From: Pseudomonadota bacterium
Lineage (GTDB): Bacteria; Campylobacterota; Campylobacteria; Campylobacterales; Sulfurimonadaceae
Length of the DNA: 60,668 nucleotides
Direction of reading: 5' to 3'
NCBI GenBank assembly: GCA_043797085.1
Contig: JAZDQA010000002.1
Span: 1-60,668 of the forward strand
This document shows positions 8,949-19,867 of this stretch, in pieces (position 1 is the first letter of the stretch; each line of letters begins with the position of its first letter). A model generated the notes under the pieces. The model saw only the letters and a program-made list of their open reading frames with translations, had not been told where the DNA came from and made no database searches. Position numbers and translations under genes: made by a program.

Positions 8949-9626
8949 ATGCTCGAAAACCTTAAACATAAAACTATCCTTTTTCTCGAAGACAACATGG
9001 AATTTGCCGTTAATACCACCAATTTACTACAGGTATTTGTCCAAACCGTCTATCATGCACAGGATATATCGCAAGCACATACGATTCTCTCCTCCAATCC
9101 CATCGATATTATTATCTGCGATATAAAACTTAAAAATGAAAACGGAATTGATTTTATCCGTGAAGTTAGGAGAACAGATAGCAAAACACCTATTCTTATC
9201 ATCAGCGGTCATAAAGATGAAGAGTTTTTATTTCGTGCTATTCCCCTTGGATTGACGGCGTATCTCCTCAAACCGATTAAATATGAGACATTGATTGATG
9301 CGTTAAAGCAGTGTATTGATGCGATTGATGCACATCAAATGAAAAAAATAGAGCTCAAAGAGGGATGGTATTACAACGTCGAAAACAAATGTTTGGAAAA
9401 AGACGGTGTAGTGTATACCCTTAACAAAAAAGAGGCTTTGTTTATCGAGTTTCTCTCTAAAAATCGTGATCGCCTTATCACCAAAGAGATGATTGGTGCA
9501 GCGGTTTGGATCCATGATGAGATGTCGGATTCAGCGATTACCAACTTTATTTTACGAATTCGCCGCCGTTTCGGTAAAAATTTCATCTTCACGATTCCCA
9601 ATGTCGGGTATCGACTTAAAACGTAA
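8949..9626 (+). CDS. OmpR-family response regulator (REC + winged helix)
   Basis: LEDN, IICDIKL, YLLKP; C-terminal ILRIRRRFGKNFIFTIPNVGYRL. Confidence 0.92.
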   Translation: MLENLKHKTILFLEDNMEFAVNTTNLLQVFVQTVYHAQDISQAHTILSSNPIDIIICDIKLKNENGIDFIREVRRTDSKTPILIISGHKDEEFLFRAIPLGLTAYLLKPIKYETLIDALKQCIDAIDAHQMKKIELKEGWYYNVENKCLEKDGVVYTLNKKEALFIEFLSKNRDRLITKEMIGAAVWIHDEMSDSAITNFILRIRRRFGKNFIFTIPNVGYRLKT

Positions 9627-12039
9627 TCTGCACACACAATCCTCTATCCTGATTCACAAACTCCAGTTTGGCATTATATTTAGCGGTAATATCACGGCAC
9701 ATCTGAAGTCCCAATCCGTTGACAAGTGCATCCAAATCCATCCCTCCGCCGTTATCACAAAAAGAGACCTCTTCGTCGCTCACCGAAACTGTAATCATCG
9801 GATTTTTAATTTGGCGTGTTTTTAATACTTCGATGGCATTGTTTATAAGATTAAGCCAAACCTGCATCCACTCGTTTTTGATTCCTAAAAGCATAACGCC
9901 CTCATCCCCGTCGATTTGAACCGTGATCGCGTTATCCAAAAGTTTTGTTTCGATAATCGAGAGAGAAGCATAAATCGATTCGATTAGATTAAAAGGGGTA
10001 GATATATCACTTTGTTTATAAAATTCAAGAAAATTCTGCATCGTATGGGACATAAAATCAATGGTCTCTTCGATCTCATCACATTGCTGCAACAAGACTG
10101 AATCCCCAATATTCTGACCTGTTTTGAGCTTAGCCATCGTAAGAAGATTTATGGAACTGAGCTTAGAAAGAGGTTCTCGCCACTGATGGGAGATATTGGC
10201 GATCATATTTCCTAATTCTGCTTGTTTGCTCTTTTGTAAAACAATATTGGCTTGAATGAGATTTTTAGCCACTTCATCTTTAACTTTTCGCCGTAAAAGT
10301 ATGTTCCATATAATGATTATCGTACTGGCAAAAATGGCAATCCCCAATATGGTCAGTAAAATAGTCCCATATTGGTTGTTTTCACTCATCACTGTTGCGT
10401 AACGGTTGTAAATTTTTTGCATCATTAACGGATCAATCCCCGAAACCAGCTTCTCAAAAATATCGTGAAGCATCGGATCATCGTTGCGGGTTCCGACCGA
10501 TAAATAAACTTTTTCTTTCAAACGGGAAGAGACTTTGAGGGTTCCGGTATGCTCTTTTTGGATGTACGACGAGATCACCATGAGATTGTCGATATAACCG
10601 TATAACTCTCCCGATTCGACGAGATTGAGACCCTCAGTAATGGATTTAACTTCGACAAGGTTCAAATCAGGATAGGTCGATTTTAATTGCTCGACAATAG
10701 CGTACCCTTTTACCACCCCTAACTTTTCTTTGCCCAAGGTGATGATTTCTTCCGTAAAGGGCTTATCCATTTTCGTCGCCATCACCACCGGAATAGTGAC
10801 GTAGGGGGCTGTAAAATTCATGTATTTGAGCCGTTCAGGGGTACTGGAAGCGAGAGAGAAAATATCGCATTCGCGTTTTTTGGCGTGTTCAACGGACTCA
10901 TTCCATGTCGTAACGGGTAAAAATTTTATGGGAATACCAAGCTGTTGTTCAAACTCACTCATAACATCGGATGCAATCCCGATATGATGCTTATTTCGTA
11001 TCGCTTCGAACGGATACCATTCGGGATCGACACACATGGTGATCTCTTTTTTATTCAGCAAATACTGTTTTTGTGCGGTGCTTAGTTGCACTCCCTCAGC
11101 CGATGCTATAACGTCGTTGAACATAAATTTTCCAAGGCTCTGATCGCCGGAGAGTCTACCTGATTGAACCAACTGTTTGAACGCACGTTTGGTGAGTTCT
11201 TCGTTGGCTTGCCCGATTGGATAAAAATCCGTCATCATCATTTTCTTGGTCACTTTATACTCATAGATCAAAGCTTCGCGTGATTTGCCGGTATGGTATT
11301 TTTTTAACAACAGATCAATGATTTCATAGGGATGTTCTATTGAGTATTTCCATCCACGATTGGTTGAGTCGATAAAGCGTTGTGTTCGTTCAGGGTTTTC
11401 CAACGCTTCACTGCGCGACGTAAACACATTGACTGCACTCATCATGAATCCATAATCATAGGGATCGATAATATTGTAGGGGATATGGAGACGATCAAGC
11501 TCATAAAGCTGGTTAGAACGAAAAACAGACATAACATCGGTTTTACCGTCGATGAAATCGTGAATATTAAACGTATGGTTTAAAAAGACGGCATTATTTG
11601 GAGAAATATCAAAATGGTTTAGCATTAAGCCTAATGAGGAAGACCTAAACTCATCTTTGGTACACATGATCCTTTTTCCGACCAAATCAGCAGGATTGTC
11701 AATCCCTTTTCGAACGACAAACACGAGTGGAGAGCGCTGATAATAGGTTCCCAGCAAAACAGTCGGTGCCGGCATATTCCCAGCGACGATAATGCTGGTA
11801 TTGTACGAACCGTAAGTTGCTTTGCGATTTAGAATGTCGGACGCGGTGTCAATATTGTTTTGATACTCGCGTAACTCGACATCCAGCCCCGCGTCACGGT
11901 AAAACCCTTTCTCTTTTGCTGCGATAAAACCGGCAAATTCGAACTGATATTTCCAATCCAGCTGAAGTGAAACTTTTTCAAGCCTTTGAGCTCCATACAG
12001 TGAGACGATTAAAAGTGAAAGAATAGCAATCCAGCGCAT
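9616..12039 (-). CDS. Sensor histidine kinase with NMT1/THI5-like and periplasmic-binding-protein sensor domains
   Basis: LQLDWKYQFEFAGFIAAKEKGFY (NMT1-like); CVDPEWYPFE (PBP type 2); one TM; H-box ISHQWREPL; NLINNA; DNGGG. Confidence 0.88.
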   Translation of the reverse strand: MRWIAILSLLIVSLYGAQRLEKVSLQLDWKYQFEFAGFIAAKEKGFYRDAGLDVELREYQNNIDTASDILNRKATYGSYNTSIIVAGNMPAPTVLLGTYYQRSPLVFVVRKGIDNPADLVGKRIMCTKDEFRSSSLGLMLNHFDISPNNAVFLNHTFNIHDFIDGKTDVMSVFRSNQLYELDRLHIPYNIIDPYDYGFMMSAVNVFTSRSEALENPERTQRFIDSTNRGWKYSIEHPYEIIDLLLKKYHTGKSREALIYEYKVTKKMMMTDFYPIGQANEELTKRAFKQLVQSGRLSGDQSLGKFMFNDVIASAEGVQLSTAQKQYLLNKKEITMCVDPEWYPFEAIRNKHHIGIASDVMSEFEQQLGIPIKFLPVTTWNESVEHAKKRECDIFSLASSTPERLKYMNFTAPYVTIPVVMATKMDKPFTEEIITLGKEKLGVVKGYAIVEQLKSTYPDLNLVEVKSITEGLNLVESGELYGYIDNLMVISSYIQKEHTGTLKVSSRLKEKVYLSVGTRNDDPMLHDIFEKLVSGIDPLMMQKIYNRYATVMSENNQYGTILLTILGIAIFASTIIIIWNILLRRKVKDEVAKNLIQANIVLQKSKQAELGNMIANISHQWREPLSKLSSINLLTMAKLKTGQNIGDSVLLQQCDEIEETIDFMSHTMQNFLEFYKQSDISTPFNLIESIYASLSIIETKLLDNAITVQIDGDEGVMLLGIKNEWMQVWLNLINNAIEVLKTRQIKNPMITVSVSDEEVSFCDNGGGMDLDALVNGLGLQMCRDITAKYNAKLEFVNQDRGLCVQITF

Positions 12040-13664
12040 TAAATCACTTTCGTTTCTAATTCACAATAAAGTGCCTCACACACCAATTTTGCCGCCACTT
12101 CTCGTTTTCCATCAACGGTAACGCTGATAGGAAGTCCTCGAAGCTCCCGTTTTTCTTCCAAGCTTATCACTTTTACCACTACTTTGACATTGGGGGCATA
12201 ACTCAAAATAGATTCACAGACAAGCCGTTTCTTTGCACTGTTGTCGAGGGTTACGATGACACTGATTGCCTCTTTGGTATGCAATTTTTCTAAAATCTGT
12301 GTTTTTGACATATCACCGTAATACGCTTTTTCTCCATCTGCCAATGCTTCTTGAACGTGCTTATAACTGTTATCGACGATAATGTATTTGACCTCTTCCG
12401 CACGAAGTGCCTTGACCACAAATTTTCCTACAATACCGTATCCGCACACGATGACATGATTACGATATACCGAGAGTGAGCCAAAATCTTCCGTCATACT
12501 CGCCTCTTTGAAAAACAGCCCTGAAATGGCATTGATTTTCGAGAGGATAAACGGCGTCACAACGATGGAGAGGACAACGGTCAAAACAAGCATCTGCACC
12601 AGCTGGGGATCGAGAATGTTTTTATTCCCCGCCAACGCGAAAATAGCAAACGAAAACTCTCCCACTTGCGAGAGGGCAACCGCCGTCTTAAAGGCTACTT
12701 TTGCCTTGGAATAGATACGGACGATTCCAAAAAGTATCGCGGCTTTAATCACTAAAATAGCCATCAAAAGCCCCAAAATCTCTCCGATATGAGATCCAAA
12801 AAAAGCAACGTCGATTTTCATCCCCACCGTGACAAAAAACGTCCCCAAAAGCAAATCTTTAAACGGAGCGATGTCGGATTCGACCTTATGATGGTAATTT
12901 GTCTCCGCGATAATCATCCCCGCGATAAAGGCCCCCAGTGAATAGGTAAATCCAAAAGCGTGGACCAAAAGTGATGCCCCGACAACGATGAGAAGAACCG
13001 AACCCATAAAAAGTTCTTCAACATTACTGCTGGAGGAAAAATGCAGCAGCCACGTCATCACTCGTTTCCCGACAACAAACAGCAAACCGACAATAACAAC
13101 GGCACTCAGCGTTGTTTGCAAAAGTACGGCACCGATATTTGCTGTCCCCGTACTCAAAAATCCAATCAAAATCAAAATAGGAATAACCGCTAAATCTTGG
13201 TAAATCAAAATTCCCATAGAGCGTTGTCCATAAGGACGGGTTATCTCTTTTGTTGCCTTTAAATGGCTCAAAACCACTGCGGTAGAAGAGAGTGCCAATG
13301 ACATCGATACGATAAGTGAGGTAGCAAAATCAAGATGAAAAATTCCATAAGAAGCAGCAAAAAACAGTGCCGCCGTGAGGGTAGTTTGCAAAAAACCGTT
13401 AAAAAAGACTTCGATTTTCATGGTAGCAAGACGGCGAAGAGAGACTTCCAGTCCGATAGTAAACATCAAAAAAACGACTCCAAATTCAGCAATCGCCTCA
13501 AGAGTATGCGAATCCGCCATATGACGCAGATCAAACGCATACGCGACCACTGTACCCGTCATGATGTAGCCGATAATCGGAGAAACCCCCAACCGTTTTA
13601 AAATCAGATTAACAACAATCGAGATCCCAAGCGCAATCGTAAGATAATAAAGTGCCGATTCCAT
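12039..13664 (-). CDS. CPA2-family cation:proton antiporter (KefB/KefC-like) with TrkA-N domain
   Basis: Many TMs, AEFGVVFLMFTIGLE, LSQVGEFSF, C-terminal HVIVCGYGIVG. Confidence 0.9.
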   Translation of the reverse strand: MESALYYLTIALGISIVVNLILKRLGVSPIIGYIMTGTVVAYAFDLRHMADSHTLEAIAEFGVVFLMFTIGLEVSLRRLATMKIEVFFNGFLQTTLTAALFFAASYGIFHLDFATSLIVSMSLALSSTAVVLSHLKATKEITRPYGQRSMGILIYQDLAVIPILILIGFLSTGTANIGAVLLQTTLSAVVIVGLLFVVGKRVMTWLLHFSSSSNVEELFMGSVLLIVVGASLLVHAFGFTYSLGAFIAGMIIAETNYHHKVESDIAPFKDLLLGTFFVTVGMKIDVAFFGSHIGEILGLLMAILVIKAAILFGIVRIYSKAKVAFKTAVALSQVGEFSFAIFALAGNKNILDPQLVQMLVLTVVLSIVVTPFILSKINAISGLFFKEASMTEDFGSLSVYRNHVIVCGYGIVGKFVVKALRAEEVKYIIVDNSYKHVQEALADGEKAYYGDMSKTQILEKLHTKEAISVIVTLDNSAKKRLVCESILSYAPNVKVVVKVISLEEKRELRGLPISVTVDGKREVAAKLVCEALYCELETKVI

Positions 13665-13780
13665 TGAGCCCCTTTTTGTATTTTATAAGCGTTAGCAGTA
13701 TATAATGGCAGACTTAAAATACCATCCATATAAGTGCCTGCATGGCTCATTTTTCAACCAAAAATCCTAAGGAATTAATG

Positions 13781-15409
13781 ATGACCAAGTATATTTTTGT
13801 TACCGGCGGTGTATTAAGCTCTCTTGGAAAAGGGATTACAGCAGCCAGTGTCGGCGCTCTTCTCAAACACTCCGGCATAAAAGTCGGGATGCTTAAAATC
13901 GATCCCTATATCAATGTTGACCCGGGGACCATGAGTCCATTAGAACACGGAGAAGTGTTTGTCACCAAAGACGGAGCCGAAACCGACCTCGACATCGGAA
14001 ACTATGAGCGTTTTCTCAATGACTCTTTTTTACGTACAAGTAACTTTACTACGGGACAAGTTTACAGCAGTGTTATCGAGCGTGAACGAAGCGGCGGATA
14101 TTTGGGTCAAACCATCCAAGTCGTTCCACACATCGTCGGCGAAATCGTCGATCGTATCAAAAAAGCGGGTGAGGGTCATGATATTCTCGTCGTTGAACTA
14201 GGCGGGACCGTCGGAGACATCGAAGGACTGCCGTTTATGGAAGCCATCCGCACCATGAAACATGACGATGAAGTAGAGGGGACGTTTTTCATTCACGTTA
14301 CTCTCATCCCGTTCATCAAAGCAGCCGGCGAGCATAAAAGCAAACCGACCCAACACTCCGTCCAAGAGCTTCGCCGTATCGGCATCACTCCGCAGATGAT
14401 TATCGCGCGAAGTGAAGAAAAGCTCCCTAAAACCTTCAAAAAGAAACTGGCACTTGCGTGTGACGTGAGCAGTGACAGTATTATCGAAGCGATGGATGAG
14501 CAGACGATTTATGCCGTCCCGTTGAGTTTCTTGCAACAAAACATCCTAGCTCCTATCTCTAAAGAATTAGGTTTGGGTGAGCTCAAACCCGATATGGAAC
14601 AATGGGATTTATTGGTCAAAAAAATTGTTTCACCAAAACATCTTATTACCATCGGATTTGTCGGTAAATATTTGGAACTCAAAGAGTCGTATAAATCTCT
14701 CATTGAAGCCCTTATTCACTCAGGAGCGCATCTGGATACCCGTGTTGCGATCAACTGGATTGACAGCGAAAAAATCGAAGTACATGGAGCTGAGACTTTC
14801 TTGGCGGATTGCGACTCTGTCCTCGTTGCAGGGGGATTTGGAAATCGTGGTGTAGAAGGGAAAATAGCGGCAATCCGTTATGCACGTGAAAACAAACTCC
14901 CTTATCTTGGGATTTGTTTGGGAATGCAGCTTTCCATGGTTGAATATGCCCGTAATGTTTTGGGATATGAAGATGCCAACTCAATCGAATTTAACCCAAA
15001 CACCACACATCCGATGATTTACCTCATCGATAATTTTATCGATCAATCAGGTTCAACACAGCTTCGTACTCACCACTCACCAATGGGTGGAACGTTACGT
15101 CTTGGCGAATACCCATGTGAAACAAAAGAAGGATCTCATCTTCGTGCGGCATACAATGGCGAACCGCTGATTTTCGAGCGTCATCGCCACCGTTATGAAG
15201 CCAATCCGACCTACCGTGCAGCACTTGAAGAGGCAGGAATGATCATCACAGGTGAATCCAACGGACTTATCGAAGCGGTCGAAATTCCAAGTCATCCATG
15301 GTTTTTAGGGGTACAGTTTCATCCGGAATTCACCTCTCACCTCCAAAGCCCGAATTCTTCTATTCTCGCATTTGTCCGAGCAACGTGTGAGCACACAAAT
15401 CCTGCCTGA
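13781..15409 (+). CDS. pyrG: CTP synthase
   Basis: [30 protein letters not shown]; start placed after SD aagga (13778 is an alternative). Confidence 0.98.
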   Translation: MTKYIFVTGGVLSSLGKGITAASVGALLKHSGIKVGMLKIDPYINVDPGTMSPLEHGEVFVTKDGAETDLDIGNYERFLNDSFLRTSNFTTGQVYSSVIERERSGGYLGQTIQVVPHIVGEIVDRIKKAGEGHDILVVELGGTVGDIEGLPFMEAIRTMKHDDEVEGTFFIHVTLIPFIKAAGEHKSKPTQHSVQELRRIGITPQMIIARSEEKLPKTFKKKLALACDVSSDSIIEAMDEQTIYAVPLSFLQQNILAPISKELGLGELKPDMEQWDLLVKKIVSPKHLITIGFVGKYLELKESYKSLIEALIHSGAHLDTRVAINWIDSEKIEVHGAETFLADCDSVLVAGGFGNRGVEGKIAAIRYARENKLPYLGICLGMQLSMVEYARNVLGYEDANSIEFNPNTTHPMIYLIDNFIDQSGSTQLRTHHSPMGGTLRLGEYPCETKEGSHLRAAYNGEPLIFERHRHRYEANPTYRAALEEAGMIITGESNGLIEAVEIPSHPWFLGVQFHPEFTSHLQSPNSSILAFVRATCEHTNPA

Positions 15410-16988
15410 TGCCATCCTTCTGGATGCCAGAAGCTTAGAAGCCTTTTTAGCTCAGCGTTTTCACCTCAAAAGTGAAAAGCTCGCAGACATTCCCCACCCA
15501 AGTCAACTCAAAGATGCCACCAAAGCTGCAATTCGCATTGCCAATGCCATACGCAATAATGAGAAAATAGCCCTTGTCGGAGATTACGATGTCGATGGTG
15601 TCACTTCTACGGCGATTGTAAAACGATTTTTTCACCTCATCAACTATCCGTTAACCGCCACTATCCCCAACCGTTTTACCGATGGATATGGTGTTTCAAA
15701 AGGAGTTTTGGAGCGCATAGATGCCGATGTCGTATTTACGGTTGATAACGGTATCAATGCCATCGAGGCGGCGCAAGTCTGCAAAGAGCGTGGAATCGAT
15801 CTCATCATCACCGATCACCATACCCCAAGCGACATTCTCCCCGATGTCTACGCCATTGTCAATCCAAAACAACACGATTGCCCCTATCCGTTCAAAGATA
15901 TTTGCGGTGCTCAAGTCGCATGGTTATTGATGGGACTTGTCAAAAGTGAGCTTGGTCTTACGATTGATATGCGCCAATTTTTCCCTTTTCTAGCCCTCGC
16001 GATTGTTGCGGATGTGATGCCGTTAGTGGGAATCAACCGTGCAATCGTTAAAGCAGGATTGGAGATGATGAGCACTTCAAACATCCCTGCATTTGTCATC
16101 ATTAAAGATATTCTAAACAAAACAAAGATTTCGTCCGAAGACATCGGCTTTCAAATCGCCCCGCGACTCAACTCCGCCGGACGGCTTGAGGATGCATCTA
16201 TCGCCCTTGAATTTTTAATCGCCGATACCACCGAAAAAGCCTACCATCAGTTTGAACTCCTCACCTCTCTAAATGCCCTTCGCAAAGAGATCGAAGCCCA
16301 CACCACAACGCAAGCCACAGCAGAAGTAAACCCAAACGACCCTATCATTGTCGTAGCAGGCGAGGGGTGGAACGAGGGAGTTGTGGGGATTGTTGCTTCA
16401 CGACTCGTTAATCATTTTCAAAAACCTGCCATTGTTTTAAGTATTCATAACGGTATCGCAAAAGGGAGCGGTCGCAGTATCGGAGCCGTTGACCTCTACA
16501 CGCTTATCAAATCCCAAGAACATTTATTAGCCAAATTCGGCGGACACAAAATGGCAGCAGGTCTCTCCATGGACATGCTCAACGTAGAGGAGTTCCGCCT
16601 CGCCATTAATCACGCAAGCACCTCGATACATCCCGATGACTTTATCCCCCAAAATGAGATTATCGGTGAACTGGAACATGATGCCATCACTCCCGATCTA
16701 TTGGGACTTTTAGAAAAATTTGAACCCTATGGAGAGGGAAATCCCCGCCCCCGATTTTTACTTCGAGATGCACACGTTGTGGGGATCAAACTCTTCGGAA
16801 GCGATAAATCCCACAGCCGTCTTGAGCTTCAACCCTCCCCATTACGAGGAAAAACATTGGAATTTATTGCCTTTAGGCGTGTGCTGGAAGCTCCCGAGAA
16901 CCGAAAAATGAGTTGCAGCTATACAGTCAACAAAAATGAGTTTAATGGTAGAATCTCGATGCAACTCATGGTAGAGAGGTTATTTTGA
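15387..16988 (+). CDS. recJ: Single-stranded-DNA-specific exonuclease RecJ
   Basis: [33 protein letters not shown]; start uncertain (GTG 15387 chosen). Confidence 0.95.
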   Translation: MSTQILPDAILLDARSLEAFLAQRFHLKSEKLADIPHPSQLKDATKAAIRIANAIRNNEKIALVGDYDVDGVTSTAIVKRFFHLINYPLTATIPNRFTDGYGVSKGVLERIDADVVFTVDNGINAIEAAQVCKERGIDLIITDHHTPSDILPDVYAIVNPKQHDCPYPFKDICGAQVAWLLMGLVKSELGLTIDMRQFFPFLALAIVADVMPLVGINRAIVKAGLEMMSTSNIPAFVIIKDILNKTKISSEDIGFQIAPRLNSAGRLEDASIALEFLIADTTEKAYHQFELLTSLNALRKEIEAHTTTQATAEVNPNDPIIVVAGEGWNEGVVGIVASRLVNHFQKPAIVLSIHNGIAKGSGRSIGAVDLYTLIKSQEHLLAKFGGHKMAAGLSMDMLNVEEFRLAINHASTSIHPDDFIPQNEIIGELEHDAITPDLLGLLEKFEPYGEGNPRPRFLLRDAHVVGIKLFGSDKSHSRLELQPSPLRGKTLEFIAFRRVLEAPENRKMSCSYTVNKNEFNGRISMQLMVERLF

Positions 16989-18031
16989 TGGATACATTTT
17001 TTATCGAATTTCGAGATCCTCTTTTCGGGATTATCGTCTTTTTCCTCCTCCTTTTTATCCTCTCTTTTATAAGTTACTGGTGGGGACGACGCAAAAGCTC
17101 CAACGAGAGCCAAGAGATTGAGATTTTTTTAGGGAAATTTGACACCTCTGCGGGCGAAGCCGGTATTGCCTCTCAAATTCACGAAAATGCCATCACGAAT
17201 GAAACATGGTTTCTTCTGGCGCAAGGGTTTGAACATCAAGGCAATTTTGAAAAAAGCATCGAGATTTATCACGCTCTTCTCTCTAAAAAAAGCGATAAAA
17301 TTGTGCAAAAAGAGGTTTTACTCAAACTCGGACGGGGCTATTTCAAAGCAGGATTTTTAGAACGTTCTCGTCAAAGCTTCTTGCAAGTGCTCCAAAATCA
17401 TCCCCGTACCCCGCAAGCACTCCATCACCTTATTCTCATCTATGAGCACCTTCAGCAATATAAGGATGCACTCGAAGCCATGGAATCTCTCATCGAGATA
17501 CAAGGAAGTGGCGGATGTGAAAAACTGTATCTCGAAGCACGCCAACTTCTTTGTGACCCCAAAGCCTCTGTTGATGAAAAAGCAGCATTCCTTATTGATC
17601 TTTATACACAGCATGCCCAACTTGGGTACTTGGTATTTGAATATCTCTTCACCCATCGTCCCTCTCTGGCATGGAAGCACTTCGATCAATCCTTATCCGT
17701 CAGATTGGCCGATATTTTGTGGAGAGTTCCCGCTGAAAATCTCGATTTCGATATAATTGCACGTAACGGTTTTTTGCGAGAGCTTTTCAGCGCCAAAGGC
17801 AACTGTGAAATGTCTCAATCTAGCGGGATTTTTGAGCTCGATACCCTTATTACACTAAGAACGTGCGGTAACATAAAAGCAACACTCCAATTTGAGTACG
17901 TGTGTGGTGAGTGTCATACCATCTCATTCTTACCCTTTCATCGCTGTCCTACCTGCCATGCGATTGATTCGATTGAGAGTATCATGACCTTGACAAAGGA
18001 ACGATTTGATGACAATAACTCTTTTCAGTAA
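16988..18031 (+). CDS. Membrane-anchored TPR protein with C-terminal CxxC..CxxC (LPS assembly protein LapB/YciM-like)
   Basis: N-terminal TM, TPR motifs (LGRGYFKAGFLERS), C-terminal YVCGEC...RCPTC. Confidence 0.75.
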   Translation: MDTFFIEFRDPLFGIIVFFLLLFILSFISYWWGRRKSSNESQEIEIFLGKFDTSAGEAGIASQIHENAITNETWFLLAQGFEHQGNFEKSIEIYHALLSKKSDKIVQKEVLLKLGRGYFKAGFLERSRQSFLQVLQNHPRTPQALHHLILIYEHLQQYKDALEAMESLIEIQGSGGCEKLYLEARQLLCDPKASVDEKAAFLIDLYTQHAQLGYLVFEYLFTHRPSLAWKHFDQSLSVRLADILWRVPAENLDFDIIARNGFLRELFSAKGNCEMSQSSGIFELDTLITLRTCGNIKATLQFEYVCGECHTISFLPFHRCPTCHAIDSIESIMTLTKERFDDNNSFQ

Positions 18032-18074
18032 GACGAATGCAGACAACCACTATAAAGGATACAAAATCAAATGA
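18009..18074 (+). pseudogene. Probable internally deleted remnant of ribonuclease HI (21-codon mini-ORF)
   Basis: [21 protein letters not shown]; start resembles RNase HI (ITLFSDGS); occupies the usual rnhA slot between the TPR gene and rnc; stop overlaps the rnc ATG (ATGA). Confidence 0.45.
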
Positions 18075-18751
18075 ACAACTTACAAACCCTACAGCAACGA
18101 CTAGGGTATCAGTTTCACAATACGAAGCTCCTTATTGAAGCGCTGACGCACAAAAGCTACAAACAGCCCTACAATAATGAGCGACTCGAATTTTTAGGTG
18201 ACGCGGTACTGGATTTGGTTGTTGGTGAATATCTGTACAAAAAATTTCCGAAATTTGACGAAGGCGACCTCTCAAAAATGCGTGCGTCTCTCGTCAATGA
18301 AGACGGATTTACCCTGCTGGCAAACTATTTGCGCCTCGGTGAACACATTTTTCTCTCCAATGCCGAAGAAAACAACAACGGGCGGAATAAAAACTCCCTC
18401 CTTGCCAATGCCTACGAAGCCGTCATGGGTGCGATCTATCTCGAATCAGGACTTGAGAGTGTCCGAAATATCACCGTAGAACTCCTCGAGCACGTCCATG
18501 AAGAAATTTCACTCGATTCTCTCTTCAAAGATTACAAAACCTCACTTCAAGAGCTCACCCAAGCCCATTACGGAATCACCCCCGATTATCAGCTCATAGC
18601 AGCCCACGGACCCGACCACAAAAAAGAGTTTGAAGTTGCCGCATTCATCGATGGAAAACGGTATGCATCCGCATTGGGAAAAAGCAAAAAACACGCCCAG
18701 CAAGAGGCGGCAAAAATCGCATTGGACATTCTTTCCAAGGAACTCAAATGA
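18071..18751 (+). CDS. rnc: Ribonuclease III
   Basis: [13 protein letters not shown]; ds[11 protein letters not shown]...GPDHKKEF. Confidence 0.98.
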   Translation: MNNLQTLQQRLGYQFHNTKLLIEALTHKSYKQPYNNERLEFLGDAVLDLVVGEYLYKKFPKFDEGDLSKMRASLVNEDGFTLLANYLRLGEHIFLSNAEENNNGRNKNSLLANAYEAVMGAIYLESGLESVRNITVELLEHVHEEISLDSLFKDYKTSLQELTQAHYGITPDYQLIAAHGPDHKKEFEVAAFIDGKRYASALGKSKKHAQQEAAKIALDILSKELK

Positions 18752-19821
18752 ATCGGTTCGGAGAACGCTTTTGCATTAGCACTTTTGGCGAATCACACGG
18801 AAAAGCAATCGGCTGTCTCCTTGATGGCGTTCCCGCAGGACTTGCGATTGACGAAGAGTACATCCAAAGCGAACTCAACCGCCGTAAACCGGGACAAAAT
18901 GAGTTTGCAACCGCACGTAAAGAGGATGACAAAGTTGAAATCCTAAGCGGTGTATTTGAGGGTCTCAGCACCGGAACTCCCATCATGATGGTCATCTACA
19001 ACACCGATCAAAAAAGCGGTGACTACACCAATGTCAAAGATATTTTCCGTCCGGGACATGCCGATTTTACCTATTTTCACAAATACGGCTTACGCGATTA
19101 TCGCGGCGGCGGACGCTCAAGTGCTCGTGAAACCGCAGCGCGTGTTGCAGGCGGTGCGGTAGCAAAACTGATGCTCAAAAGTGTGGGGATCGAGTTTGCG
19201 AGCGGTATCAGTGCTATTCACGGTATCGTTGCCCAAACCCTCGATTTTGCTTACCCTGAAAAAAGCCCCATCTATGCCCTCGATAAAAATGTTGAAGAAG
19301 CGCAAAAGGCGGCTATTTTAACCGCTAAAAATACCCATGATTCAGTAGGAGGAGTAGCTACGGTCAAAATATCAGGTCTTCCCATTGGTCTTGGTGAGGG
19401 GCTTTATTACAAACTCGATGCGGTTCTTGCCGAAGCGATGATGGGAATCAACGCCGTCAAAGCCGTCGAAATCGGTGAGGGAATTCACTCTGCTGATCTT
19501 CTCGCCTCCCAAAACAACGATGAAATCACCCCAAACGGATTTAAAACCAACCACTCAGGGGGGATTTTAGGGGGGATGAGCAACGGCGATGACGTCATCG
19601 TCCGCGTCCATTTCAAACCTACCCCTTCTATTTTTATCGATCAAGAGAGCACTAACACTGCTAACGAAAGCGTTCATGTTTCACTCAAAGGACGGCATGA
19701 CCCCTGCGTCGCTGTACGCGGATCGGTTGTCGCTGAGTCAATGGCGGCATTGGTCATTGCAGATATGTTACTGCTCAATATGGGTCGCACAATGGATGGG
19801 ATTACAAACTACTACACTTAA
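18748..19821 (+). CDS. aroC: Chorismate synthase
   Basis: [30 protein letters not shown]. Confidence 0.98.
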   Translation: MNRFGERFCISTFGESHGKAIGCLLDGVPAGLAIDEEYIQSELNRRKPGQNEFATARKEDDKVEILSGVFEGLSTGTPIMMVIYNTDQKSGDYTNVKDIFRPGHADFTYFHKYGLRDYRGGGRSSARETAARVAGGAVAKLMLKSVGIEFASGISAIHGIVAQTLDFAYPEKSPIYALDKNVEEAQKAAILTAKNTHDSVGGVATVKISGLPIGLGEGLYYKLDAVLAEAMMGINAVKAVEIGEGIHSADLLASQNNDEITPNGFKTNHSGGILGGMSNGDDVIVRVHFKPTPSIFIDQESTNTANESVHVSLKGRHDPCVAVRGSVVAESMAALVIADMLLLNMGRTMDGITNYYT

Positions 19822-19867
19822 GAATTCTTTCGCTACGATATGAGATCTTTACGCAAGGATTCTCACC

